Of a stretch of DNA of 64,000 nt, positions 47,319 to 56,460 are shown one piece after another. Source of the stretch: Hyphomicrobiales bacterium. Its GTDB lineage: Bacteria; Pseudomonadota; Alphaproteobacteria; Rhizobiales; Xanthobacteraceae. The stretch spans positions 202-64,201 of the forward strand of contig JAKFYI010000029.1 of assembly GCA_021730985.1 (NCBI GenBank). Reading direction: 5' to 3'. The position numbers and the translations under genes are program-made. The notes under the pieces are model-generated. The model was not told where the DNA came from. It did not search any database and worked only from the letters and a program-made list of their open reading frames with translations. How positions within the stretch are numbered: the stretch's first letter is position 1; every line of letters begins with the position of its first letter.

Positions 47319-47469
47319 TGCTGCTCTCCGTCGGCATCACCCGGCAATACTTGCCGAGCGCAAACACCAAGTCCAATCGCACTTTCGCGCGGCACCAATT
47401 GAACAGTGTTGAATTGGTTTGGTTCCGCATGGTTTGCAAGACGTTACCCGGAAAATTGCGCCGCGGCCA

Positions 47470-47486
47470 TCAACTGAATGTTTACC
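47470..47486 (+). promoter_or_regulatory. CtrA-like site upstream of ccrM
   Basis: TCAA-CTGAATG-TTTACC approximates TTAA-N7-TTAAC; GANTC at 47561-47565 abuts the ATG. Confidence 0.55.
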
Positions 47487-47562
47487 TTGGCGAGGCATCT
47501 TCATTCTTGTCGGTTGTAGGTCCCGCGTCACCGGCCGCGTCGCCTGAGTATCAGAGTACTGA

Positions 47563-48720
<1,158 letters not shown>

Positions 48721-48805
48721 CCCGCCCGGCCTATCCACCGTCCGCCGTTCGGCCTAACATCGGCCCACCAGAGACCTTTGATCCCCGATTGAAGGAGTGG
48801 GTGCC

Positions 48806-49372
48806 ATGCCTGCCGGATTGCCCGCAGAACCCGCGACGCTCCGCAAATACTGCAACTGGTTTCTCGGCTACGGCGTCGTGATGGCGCTGCTCGGCCTGTT
48901 CGCCATCGCAGCACCCGGCTTCGCCACGCTCGCGGTCGAGATCATGGTCGGATGGCTGCTGCTGATCGGCGGCGCCTTCGGACTGATGAGCGTGATATCG
49001 GCGGGCCGCACCATGCCGGGCTTCTGGTGGGATCTGCTCACCGCGATGGTCTGCCTGCTGGCCGGACTGTCGCTGCTGACACGGCCCGTAGCCGGCGTCG
49101 TCACGCTGACGATCCTGTTCACCGCCTATCTGCTGGCCGGCGGCATCGCGCGCATCATGCTAGGTTTCGGCTATCGCAGCGCAGTGCCGGGCGCCTGGGC
49201 ATGGCTGCTCGGCAGCGGCCTGATCGACATCGTGCTGGCTCTCATCATCCTGTCCGGTCTGCCGGGCACGGCAACATGGGTGCTGGGCCTGCTCGCGGGC
49301 ATCAACATGCTGATGATGGGCATCGCCATCGTCATGTCGGCGCTTGCAGTGCGGAAGGCGGCGGCTTCCTGA
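48806..49372 (+). CDS. HdeD/DUF308 family membrane protein
   Basis: About 6 TM; WVLGLLAGINMLMMG pattern; AGGAG RBS. Confidence 0.85.
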   Translation: MPAGLPAEPATLRKYCNWFLGYGVVMALLGLFAIAAPGFATLAVEIMVGWLLLIGGAFGLMSVISAGRTMPGFWWDLLTAMVCLLAGLSLLTRPVAGVVTLTILFTAYLLAGGIARIMLGFGYRSAVPGAWAWLLGSGLIDIVLALIILSGLPGTATWVLGLLAGINMLMMGIAIVMSALAVRKAAAS

Positions 49373-49393
49373 GCCGCGGCGGCTTCGGCCGCG

Positions 49394-50353
49394 TCAGCCC
49401 GCGACCGTCGCGCCCTGGGTGTTGACGTACAGCGCGTAGATCGAGTGGCTCGCCGTCATGAACAGGCGGTTCCGCTTGGGGCCACCGAAGCAGACGTTGG
49501 CGCAGCGTTCGGGCAGCGAGATATGCCCGATCGGCTTGCCAGCCGGATTGAACACCCGCACGCCATCGAGTTCGGCCGTGCCGATGCCCCAGCCGCACCA
49601 CAGGTTGCCGCTGATGTCGACGCGAAAGCCGTCCGGCGTTTCATCCGGCCCGCAGACGATAAACTTGCGCCCATTGGCGAGCTTCTCGCCGTTCACGTCG
49701 AACGCGTAGATCGTGCGGACCTTCGGCTGGCTCTCGATGACGTAAAGAATTTTCTCGTCGGGCGAGAACGCGAGCCCGTTCGGCCGCTGGATCAACCCGT
49801 CGGACACCACCGTGACCTTGCCGGTCTTGCCGTCGATCCGATAGACGCGCTGCGGCAACTCCTGCTCGCCGGTCTCGCCATTCCAGTTGCCGTCGATCCC
49901 CGCGGTCATGTCGGTGAACCAGATCGAGTCGTCGGACTTCACCACCACGTCGTTCGGCGAGCTGAGGCGCTTGCCGTCGATCTTGTCGGCGAGAACGGTG
50001 ATGGTGCCGTCGTACTCGGTGCGGGTGACGCGGCGGCCATGCTCGGCGGTGACGAGCCGGCCCTGGCGGTCGCGGGTGTTGCCGTTGGCGTAGTTCGAGG
50101 GCTTGCGGAACACCGTGGTCGCACCGGTCTCCTCGTCCCACCGCATGATGCGGTTGTTGGGGATGTCGCTCCACAACAGGCATCTCGCATCTGCGAAATA
50201 GACCGGGCCTTCCGCCCAGCTGTAGCCCTGGGACAGCCGCTCGACGCTGGCCAGCAGCAGCCGGTATTTCTCGAAGCTCGGATCGAGGATTCTCACCGCC
50301 GGGTCGGGCAGCCGCTCGGTCAGCACCACGGGCGCGGTCGCAGTCGGATACAT
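49394..50353 (-). CDS. SMP-30/gluconolactonase family protein
   Basis: [40 protein letters not shown]. Confidence 0.92.
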   Translation of the reverse strand: MYPTATAPVVLTERLPDPAVRILDPSFEKYRLLLASVERLSQGYSWAEGPVYFADARCLLWSDIPNNRIMRWDEETGATTVFRKPSNYANGNTRDRQGRLVTAEHGRRVTRTEYDGTITVLADKIDGKRLSSPNDVVVKSDDSIWFTDMTAGIDGNWNGETGEQELPQRVYRIDGKTGKVTVVSDGLIQRPNGLAFSPDEKILYVIESQPKVRTIYAFDVNGEKLANGRKFIVCGPDETPDGFRVDISGNLWCGWGIGTAELDGVRVFNPAGKPIGHISLPERCANVCFGGPKRNRLFMTASHSIYALYVNTQGATVAG

Positions 50354-50468
50354 CGGTCCTCCCCCCATTTTCCGGGACAGCATAGCAGGGCTGCCGGCCT
50401 TGGAAGCCTGCCGCCGCGCCCGCCGCCCATGCTATAGTGCAGCCCTCACACGCCTGCAGGAATGTCTC

Positions 50469-51413
50469 ATGAACCAGATGGCCAAGACCTTCGACCGCGC
50501 CGCCGAGGACCTCGGCAACGCCATCCACCTCGAACACGTCAACGTCGCGATCCCGGACCAGCGGATCGCCTCGCTGTTCTACGGCGCAGGCATCGGCCTC
50601 ACCCGCGATCCGTACCTGATGGTGATGGACGACAACATGTGGATGAACGTGGGGCGCAGCCAGTTTCACCTGCCCTCCGGCAAGGCGCAGGTGCTGCGCG
50701 GCCGCACCGGACTGATCGTCGAGGGACGCGAGGACCTGCTCAAGCGCCTCGCCACGGTGAAGCCGAAGCTCGCCGATACCAAATTCGATTTCAAGGAACA
50801 CAACGACTACGTCGAGGCGACCTGCCCGTGGGGCAACAGCATCCGCGTGCACGAGCCCGATCCCGCCCGCTTCGGCCGCATCCAGCTCGGCATTCCCTAT
50901 GTCGAGTTCGACGTGCCGGCCGGCACCGCCAAGGGCATCGCGAAATTCTACCAGCACATGATCGACGTCCCGGCCGAAGTGGTGAACGGCGACGGCACCA
51001 CCGCGAAGGTGACGGTCGGCCGCAACCAGCACCTGATGTTCCGCGAGACCGACAAGCCCGCCCCGGACTACGACGAGCATCATGTGCAGATCTACGTCGT
51101 GAACTTCTCCGGCCCGCACAAGCGGCTCGGCGAGCGCGGCCTGGTCAATCGCGAGGACAACCAGTTCCAGTACCGCTTCCGCGACATCACCGACCTCGAC
51201 ACCGGCAAGCACCTGTTCACGATCGAGCATGAGGTGCGAAGCCTCAGCCATCCGATGTGCCTGCGGCCGCTGGTCAACCGCAATCCGATCCAAACCGCGC
51301 GCAACTACGCCAACGGCTACGACCAGGCCTCGTGGGCGATGGAGCCGCTGCACTTCGACGACCAGCGCGAGCGGGCGCGGATGCAGCAGATGCAGGCGGC
51401 GAAGGCGAATTGA
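50469..51413 (+). CDS. Hypothetical protein with VOC/glyoxalase-like repeats
   Basis: LEHVN..FY..GL, QFHLP, CPWGN, HHVQIY, EHEVRS; strong GC3 codon bias. Confidence 0.75.
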   Translation: MNQMAKTFDRAAEDLGNAIHLEHVNVAIPDQRIASLFYGAGIGLTRDPYLMVMDDNMWMNVGRSQFHLPSGKAQVLRGRTGLIVEGREDLLKRLATVKPKLADTKFDFKEHNDYVEATCPWGNSIRVHEPDPARFGRIQLGIPYVEFDVPAGTAKGIAKFYQHMIDVPAEVVNGDGTTAKVTVGRNQHLMFRETDKPAPDYDEHHVQIYVVNFSGPHKRLGERGLVNREDNQFQYRFRDITDLDTGKHLFTIEHEVRSLSHPMCLRPLVNRNPIQTARNYANGYDQASWAMEPLHFDDQRERARMQQMQAAKAN

Positions 51414-51448
51414 TTTCGTGGTCCTAGTTGTGGCGCGATTTTCTCCGC

Positions 51449-51526
51449 TGTCGTCCCCGCGAAAGCGGGGACCCATCGAGCAACGAGTTCGCCGAGAAAT
51501 GGATCCCCGCTTTCGCGGGGATGACA
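51449..51526. repeat. REP/RIME-like palindromic doublet
   Basis: TGTCGTCCCCGCGAAAGCGGGGACCCAT...ATGGATCCCCGCTTTCGCGGGGATGACA. Confidence 0.87.
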
Positions 51527-51544
51527 CCTGAGTTTGTCGCTCTT

Positions 51545-51965
51545 TCACAGCACGCACGGCTTCTCCTTCTCGCGGCGATGATCGTCCGAGGATTTCGGTT
51601 TTCGTACACCCCGGACAAAGTCCGAGGGGATGGAGCGCCGAGCGGCGCAACATCTTGGTTGGCACCTTCGGTGCCGCGCCCTTGGCGAAGGGCGCACGCC
51701 TCTCGGCGCTGCATCGCGGCGATTTTGGGCGCTCGGGACCGTAACTTTCAGGACCGGATGGGTGGACCTTCCACCTCAGGATCGGCCTGGCTTTCGCCCG
51801 CCTTCCTCCGGTCCCCACCAGCCCATTCAAGGGCAGCTCCACATAGTTAGAGCGGACGGTGACCCGGGCCTCCCGGAAGCCGGTTTACGAGACCGGCCCG
51901 CAGGCGCCGCACCCCATCCCGCTCAAATGACGTCTCATGAGAACGCCCCTCGGGTGGATGAGATG
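51545..51965 (-). ncRNA. Candidate large structured non-coding RNA / structured repeat element (family not identified)
   Basis: About 10 nested stems, G-U pairs and a GAAA tetraloop on the minus strand; upstream TTGACT-N17-TACGTT; no credible ORF; 3' end approximate. Confidence 0.6.
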
Positions 51966-51970
51966 GAGGG

Positions 51971-51999
51971 AACGTAGAGGAAAATAGGAATATAGTCAA
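51971..51999 (-). promoter_or_regulatory. Sigma70-like promoter facing the structured element
   Basis: Minus strand TTGACT (51999-51994) - 17 nt - TACGTT (51976-51971). Confidence 0.65.
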
Positions 52000-52002
52000 G
52001 AC

Positions 52003-52031
52003 TTGAAAACACTACGGACCTTCCGTAGTTA
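52003..52031 (+). promoter_or_regulatory. TA operon promoter with palindromic operator
   Basis: TTGAAA-17 nt-TAGTTA; inverted repeat ACTACGG-ACCTT-CCGTAGT (52011-52029) overlapping the -10. Confidence 0.7.
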
Positions 52032-52037
52032 GGGAAT

Positions 52038-52418
52038 GTGCAGACCGTCATTCGCACCAGCATCTTCCTTGCCGACGCCGCGGACGCGAGGCTCTCGGAA
52101 GAGGATCAGATGACGATGGTATCCGCCATCGCTCGCGAACCGACGATGGGAGAATTGATGGTCGGCACCGGCGGCTGCCGCAAGGTGCGCTTCCCCGGCA
52201 AGGGCAAAGGCAAGAGCGGCGGCTATCGGACGGTGCACTATTTTGCCGGAGACGATGTCCCGATCCTGTTGCTCGCGCTCGTGGACAAAGGCGCACGAGA
52301 TAATTTGAGCAAGGCAGAGCGCAACGACATCAAAGCGTCACTAGCAACTTATGCCGAGGAATACCGAAAAGGGATCACGAGGAAGGCCAGGGACTTGGGA
52401 CGGCGCGGACGCGATTGA
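52038..52418 (+). CDS. Type II toxin, RelE/HigB-2 family
   Basis: GTGGCRKVRF..GKGKSGGYRTVHY..LLLALVDKG..NLS; toxin-first order. Confidence 0.9.
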   Translation: MQTVIRTSIFLADAADARLSEEDQMTMVSAIAREPTMGELMVGTGGCRKVRFPGKGKGKSGGYRTVHYFAGDDVPILLLALVDKGARDNLSKAERNDIKASLATYAEEYRKGITRKARDLGRRGRD

Positions 52419-52437
52419 AATCGAATATGGAGAAGAC

Positions 52438-52728
52438 ATGAGCAAGCTTGGAAAGAAGCTGATCGCGGCGGCCAAGGAAGGCATCGCGATCGCACGCGGC
52501 GAAGCCGACCCCAAGACCTACAAGGTCAGCGTCCCTGCGTCCGTTGACGTCAAGGCGGTGCGTAGGCGCCTCCGCCTGACGCAGGAGGAGTTTGCGATCC
52601 GTTACAATCTGACGATTGCGCGCGTGCGAGATTGGGAGCAAGGCCGATCCGTTCCCGACAGCGCGGCTCGGGCTTATCTGACGGTGATTGAGAAGGAGCC
52701 TGAGGCGGTAAAGCGCGCGTTGGGTTAA
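52438..52728 (+). CDS. HigA-type Xre HTH antitoxin
   Basis: DVKAVRRRLRLTQEEFA..VRDWEQGRSVPD..AYLTVIEKEPEAV; GGAG RBS. Confidence 0.9.
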   Translation: MSKLGKKLIAAAKEGIAIARGEADPKTYKVSVPASVDVKAVRRRLRLTQEEFAIRYNLTIARVRDWEQGRSVPDSAARAYLTVIEKEPEAVKRALG

Positions 52729-52732
52729 CCGA

Positions 52733-52817
52733 CGTAGCGCAGATAAGCGAAGCGCAACCAAGTATGCCTCCCTCTCTGGATACCCCATACCGCTTCGCTC
52801 CATGCGGGCTATTTGCT
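52733..52817. repeat. Degenerate GTAG-type REP doublet
   Basis: CGTAGCGCAGATAAGCGAAGCG ... CGCTTCGCTCCATGCGGGCTAT. Confidence 0.7.
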
Positions 52818-52900
52818 GGACGTGCCCGGATCATCCTGACCTGGATCGACGTCGAGCCCATCCGCCATGCTCAGACGCCGAAGGGCGGACACAAGGCCAG

Positions 52901-53743
52901 TCAGCGTTCCACCTCGACGTAGATGCTGAACTGCGGGTGGGTCTGGTCGAAGAACTTCATGTCCCGCATCGCCGGACAGAAGGATTGCCCATAGCCGGAG
53001 AGGCGGACGTTTCGGAACCCGGCGGCTTCCAAGTATCGCCTGAACTTGTCGAAGTGCCACCGGTTGATGTGCGCGCCCATCGTCTTGCGTTGCAGGGCGT
53101 AGTCGATCTTGGTGGTGAAAAAATCGAGCGCGTCGTCGAGCGGCATGGTCTCAAACACACGGTCGAACTCCTCGTCGGAGAAGCGAACGGTCGAGGCTCC
53201 ATCAGGGTTGCCCACGCGCATGATGTTGGAGAACTGCGAGGCAAACTCGTTTAGAAACATATCCTGGATCGAGAAGGCTTCCCCCACGGCGTAGGGCGCG
53301 ATGGAGCGGTCCCGGCGCCGGTAGAACTCGTAATACAGCATGATGTCGGGGCAGGTGAGCCGGAAGAAGCCACCCGGCTTGAGAATGCGGTGGGCCTCCT
53401 TGAACAGATGACGCACGTCCTGGTCGCGCAGATGTTCGGTGGTATGGCTGCAAAATATAGCCTCTGCGGAGGCCGTCGCGATCTGGACGGGTTCGCCCGT
53501 CGCAATGTCCCAGGGCACGTCGATTCCGGCAGTACCCTGCACGGGAGCGTACCACTCGCTCGGCACATCGACGTTCTTCCACCGCGGATGCGACCACCAG
53601 CCGGAGCCGATGCAATAGAATTGCGCGTCAGGGGCGTAGTGGTCGCGGTAGATGTTGAGATCGACGGGAGGCGGCGGAAGCATGCGGCGGATCTGCACGC
53701 CGAGCGGAAAGATGGCCTTGTTTATGTATGGGCCTATGTTCAC
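52901..53743 (-). CDS. Class I SAM-dependent methyltransferase (Methyltransf_11-like)
   Basis: CIGSG motif I, FCSHTTEHL, EAHRILKPGG; start uncertain. Confidence 0.8.
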   Translation of the reverse strand: MNIGPYINKAIFPLGVQIRRMLPPPPVDLNIYRDHYAPDAQFYCIGSGWWSHPRWKNVDVPSEWYAPVQGTAGIDVPWDIATGEPVQIATASAEAIFCSHTTEHLRDQDVRHLFKEAHRILKPGGFFRLTCPDIMLYYEFYRRRDRSIAPYAVGEAFSIQDMFLNEFASQFSNIMRVGNPDGASTVRFSDEEFDRVFETMPLDDALDFFTTKIDYALQRKTMGAHINRWHFDKFRRYLEAAGFRNVRLSGYGQSFCPAMRDMKFFDQTHPQFSIYVEVER

Positions 53744-53852
53744 GCACGCACTCCCGGCTGGATGGAGAACACTATCCGGGGTCCGGGCACAGGGCCAGGG
53801 CGAGGATAGCGGGGTGGGGCGGTTCGGGCCGGTTCACCTGAGTTCTCGCATT

Positions 53853-53880
53853 CCGCTTCGCTCCATGCGGGCTACTTGCT
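53853..53880. repeat. GTAG-type REP arm; direct repeat of 52790-52817
   Basis: CCGCTTCGCTCCATGCGGGCTA(C/T)TTGCT, 27/28 identical. Confidence 0.85.
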
Positions 53881-53895
53881 CTGTGTCCTTCTCCG

Positions 53896-53991
53896 GCCTC
53901 ATCTTGAGGAGACCGCGTGGCGGTCGTCTCGAAGGATGGGGCCGCCCATGTTTCGAGACGCCGCGCTTCGCGCGGCTCCTCACCATGAGGC
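53896..53991. repeat. CCTCAT-type REP/RIME palindromic doublet
   Basis: GCCTCATCTTGAGGAG..CGTCTCGAA...TTCGAGACG..CTCCTCACCATGAGGC. Confidence 0.8.
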
Positions 53992-54011
53992 AGAGAGAGA
54001 ATGCGTCCGCT

Positions 54012-54362
54012 TTACTTCGCCGCCGTGACCTGAATCTCGATCATCTTGGCCGGCGACTGCAGCCGCGCCTCGATGCAGGCGCGCGCCGGGCAGGAGCCCG
54101 CCACCACCCAGGCGTCCCACTCCTTGTTGAACTCATCGACCACGCGGATGTCCTGCAGCCAGATCACCGCCTGCAGCAGCTTCGACTTGTCGGTGCCGCT
54201 CTGCTTGAGCAGGGCGTCGATCCGGCCGAGGATTTCCTTGGTCTGCTCGCCGACGCTCTGGCCCACGGTCTTCTCGGCGGTGAGGCCCGCGAGATAGACC
54301 GTGCCGCCGTGCACCACCGCGCGGCTCATGCGCGGGCCGTTCTCGAAACGCTGGATTGTCAT
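54012..54362 (-). CDS. RidA/YoaB family protein
   Basis: RMSRAVVH, VYLAG, EQTKEIL, WDAWV, PARAC, IEIQVTAA. Confidence 0.92.
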   Translation of the reverse strand: MTIQRFENGPRMSRAVVHGGTVYLAGLTAEKTVGQSVGEQTKEILGRIDALLKQSGTDKSKLLQAVIWLQDIRVVDEFNKEWDAWVVAGSCPARACIEARLQSPAKMIEIQVTAAK

Positions 54363-54440
54363 TTGTCAGCCTCCCTGTTTCCTGCGAGTTTCGCAGGATC
54401 AATGCACGACCGCGCGCCATTTGCCAGCAGGACAATCGAA

Positions 54441-55304
54441 ATGCCCAAGCTCACCGCCACCGCCAATGCCAAATCGAAGAAGCCGAAACTCGCCCTACCG
54501 CCCGGCGCCTGCGACACCCACATCCATCTGTTCGGGCCCGCGGCGAAGTATCCGGTGGCGTCCGACAGTCCCTATGTCGCGAGCGAAGCGCCGCCCGAGA
54601 TGCTGTTCGAGTTGCAGAACACGCTGGGGCTCAGCACCGCGGTGATCGTCAGTCCCGGCGCCTACGGCCGCGATTACTCGCTGCTCGCCGACACGCTGGC
54701 GAAGTATCCGGACCGCTTTCGCGGCATCGCACTGGTGAAGGACGACATTCCAACATCGGAGCTGGCGCGGCTGACCAAGCTCGGCGTGCGCGGCATGCGG
54801 ATGATGAGCGCCCAGCGCGGCCAGCATGTGCCGAACTTCGCGCCCGGGATCGCGGCCCGCATCCACGAGCACGGCTGGCACGTCCAGTTCTATCCGCACG
54901 GCACCGACATCGCCGAATACGCCGACAAGCTGCTGTCGCTGCCGAACGACATCGTGCTCGACCACTTCGCCAGCATTCCGGCCGAGGGCGGCATCGATCA
55001 GCCGGCCATGAAGGCGGTGATGAAGATGCTCGACACCGGCAAGGTCTGGCTCAAGCTGTCCGGCCCGATGCGCTGCACGCCGCAGAACGTGCCCTACCCG
55101 TCGGTGACGCCGATGGCGCACGCGCTGGTGAAGCACGCGCCGGAGCGTCTCGTTTGGGGATCGGACTGGCCGCACGTCAATCTCGACGGCCGCGAGATGC
55201 CGGACGACGGCGACCTGGTCGATCTGCTGCTCGAATGGGTGCCGGACGCAGCGACCCGCAAGCGTATCCTGGTGGACAACGCCAACAAGCTTTACGGGTT
55301 CTAG
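54441..55304 (+). CDS. Amidohydrolase_2 family, LigI (2-pyrone-4,6-dicarboxylate lactonase)-like
   Basis: GACDTHIHLFG, VLDHF, WLKLSG, RLVWGSDWPH. Confidence 0.88.
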   Translation: MPKLTATANAKSKKPKLALPPGACDTHIHLFGPAAKYPVASDSPYVASEAPPEMLFELQNTLGLSTAVIVSPGAYGRDYSLLADTLAKYPDRFRGIALVKDDIPTSELARLTKLGVRGMRMMSAQRGQHVPNFAPGIAARIHEHGWHVQFYPHGTDIAEYADKLLSLPNDIVLDHFASIPAEGGIDQPAMKAVMKMLDTGKVWLKLSGPMRCTPQNVPYPSVTPMAHALVKHAPERLVWGSDWPHVNLDGREMPDDGDLVDLLLEWVPDAATRKRILVDNANKLYGF

Positions 55305-55349
55305 GGTTCGAAGTGGACACCAGCCGCTCGCGGGAATGAACGGAGAATG

Positions 55350-56318
55350 TCACTCCTTCTTGATGCCCGCCGCTTCGATCATGCGGCCGTAGTTGTCGTA
55401 GGCGCTGCGGATCAGCTTGCCGAAATCGTCTCCGCATGTGCCGACCGTGTAAAGCTGCGTGGCGCCGAACTTGGCCTTCACTTCGGGAGCGTTGAGCGCC
55501 TCGGTGAACCATTTGTTCAGTTGCGCCAGAATGTCCTTGGGCGTCCCGGCCGGCGCGACCACGCCGAACCAGACGTCGACATCGACGCCCTTGTAGCCGA
55601 GCTCCTCGAACGTCGGCACGCCGGGCAGCGTCGCGATCCGCTTCTGTGTGGCGGCCGCGAGCGCGCGCATCTTGCCGGCCTGCACCTGCGACGCCGCCGC
55701 CCCAATCCCGGTGAACGCCGACGTGATGTGATCGCCGAGCACCGCCGTGATCGCCGGTCCGCTGCCGGCGTACGGCACGAACGTCATGTCGATGTTGGCC
55801 TGGCGGGTGAAACTGATGTAGCCGAACTGAAAGGTGGAGCCCGGGCCGACGCTGCCCATCGACAGCGCGCCGGGCTTGGCGCGCGCGGCGTCCACCAGAT
55901 CGGAGAGCTCCTGGTATGGCGAACCGCTGTTCACCATGAACACCGCCGGAGTGTCCACCAGCAGGCAGACCGGATCGAACGCGGTGACCGGGTGATAGCT
56001 CGCCTTCCGGGTCTGCGCATCGATCAGAAAGGTGTTGGGCGTGACCAGCAGCGTGTTGCCGTCGGGAGCGGCGCGCGAGACGTATTCGTTGCCGATCATG
56101 CCGCTGGCGCCGGCGCGGTTCTCGACCACCATCGTGACGCCGTGAGTCTTGCCGATGTACTCGGCCATCAGGCGCGCCGCGATGTCCGTCGAGGCGCCGG
56201 GCGGCATCGCCACGATCAGGCGGATGGTGCGCGACGATTGCGGCCAGGCAGCGCTGCCCGGAAGCGCGACAAGGAGGACTGCGGCGCACGCCGCGGCGAA
56301 CTTGCAGAACAGTGCCAT
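55350..56318 (-). CDS. Bug/TctC substrate-binding protein
   Basis: IRLIVAMPPGASTD, ENRAGASG, APDGNT, VPYAGSGPA, VPTFEE. Confidence 0.9.
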   Translation of the reverse strand: MALFCKFAAACAAVLLVALPGSAAWPQSSRTIRLIVAMPPGASTDIAARLMAEYIGKTHGVTMVVENRAGASGMIGNEYVSRAAPDGNTLLVTPNTFLIDAQTRKASYHPVTAFDPVCLLVDTPAVFMVNSGSPYQELSDLVDAARAKPGALSMGSVGPGSTFQFGYISFTRQANIDMTFVPYAGSGPAITAVLGDHITSAFTGIGAAASQVQAGKMRALAAATQKRIATLPGVPTFEELGYKGVDVDVWFGVVAPAGTPKDILAQLNKWFTEALNAPEVKAKFGATQLYTVGTCGDDFGKLIRSAYDNYGRMIEAAGIKKE

Positions 56319-56460
56319 CGGATTTCCCTGAAAAGACGCGATCCGGCGAAATCAGACTGCGCTGTCCCGGCACCGGCCACAAGGCGCCGGCGCGCGTGGC
56401 ATCATTGCATCGGGCGAATGGTCAAGGTGCAGTTTCCGCACGCGCGCCTAACGCGATCGT

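Noticed and set aside
49641-51842. 733-aa minus-strand ORF
   Set aside because: Antisense/alternate-frame shadow of the VOC-like and lactonase genes running through repeats; no domain motifs
51542-51912. Group II intron resemblance in the structured element (GUGCG near the 5' part; AGCCGUGCG..GUGAAAG near the 3' end, like the first half of domain V)
   Set aside because: The complementary 3' arm of domain V and domain VI are absent, there is no RT ORF and the element is too short; kept only as a weak lead
51414-54011. Prophage, IS or integron
   Set aside because: No integrase, transposase, attC-like pattern or terminal inverted repeats with target duplication
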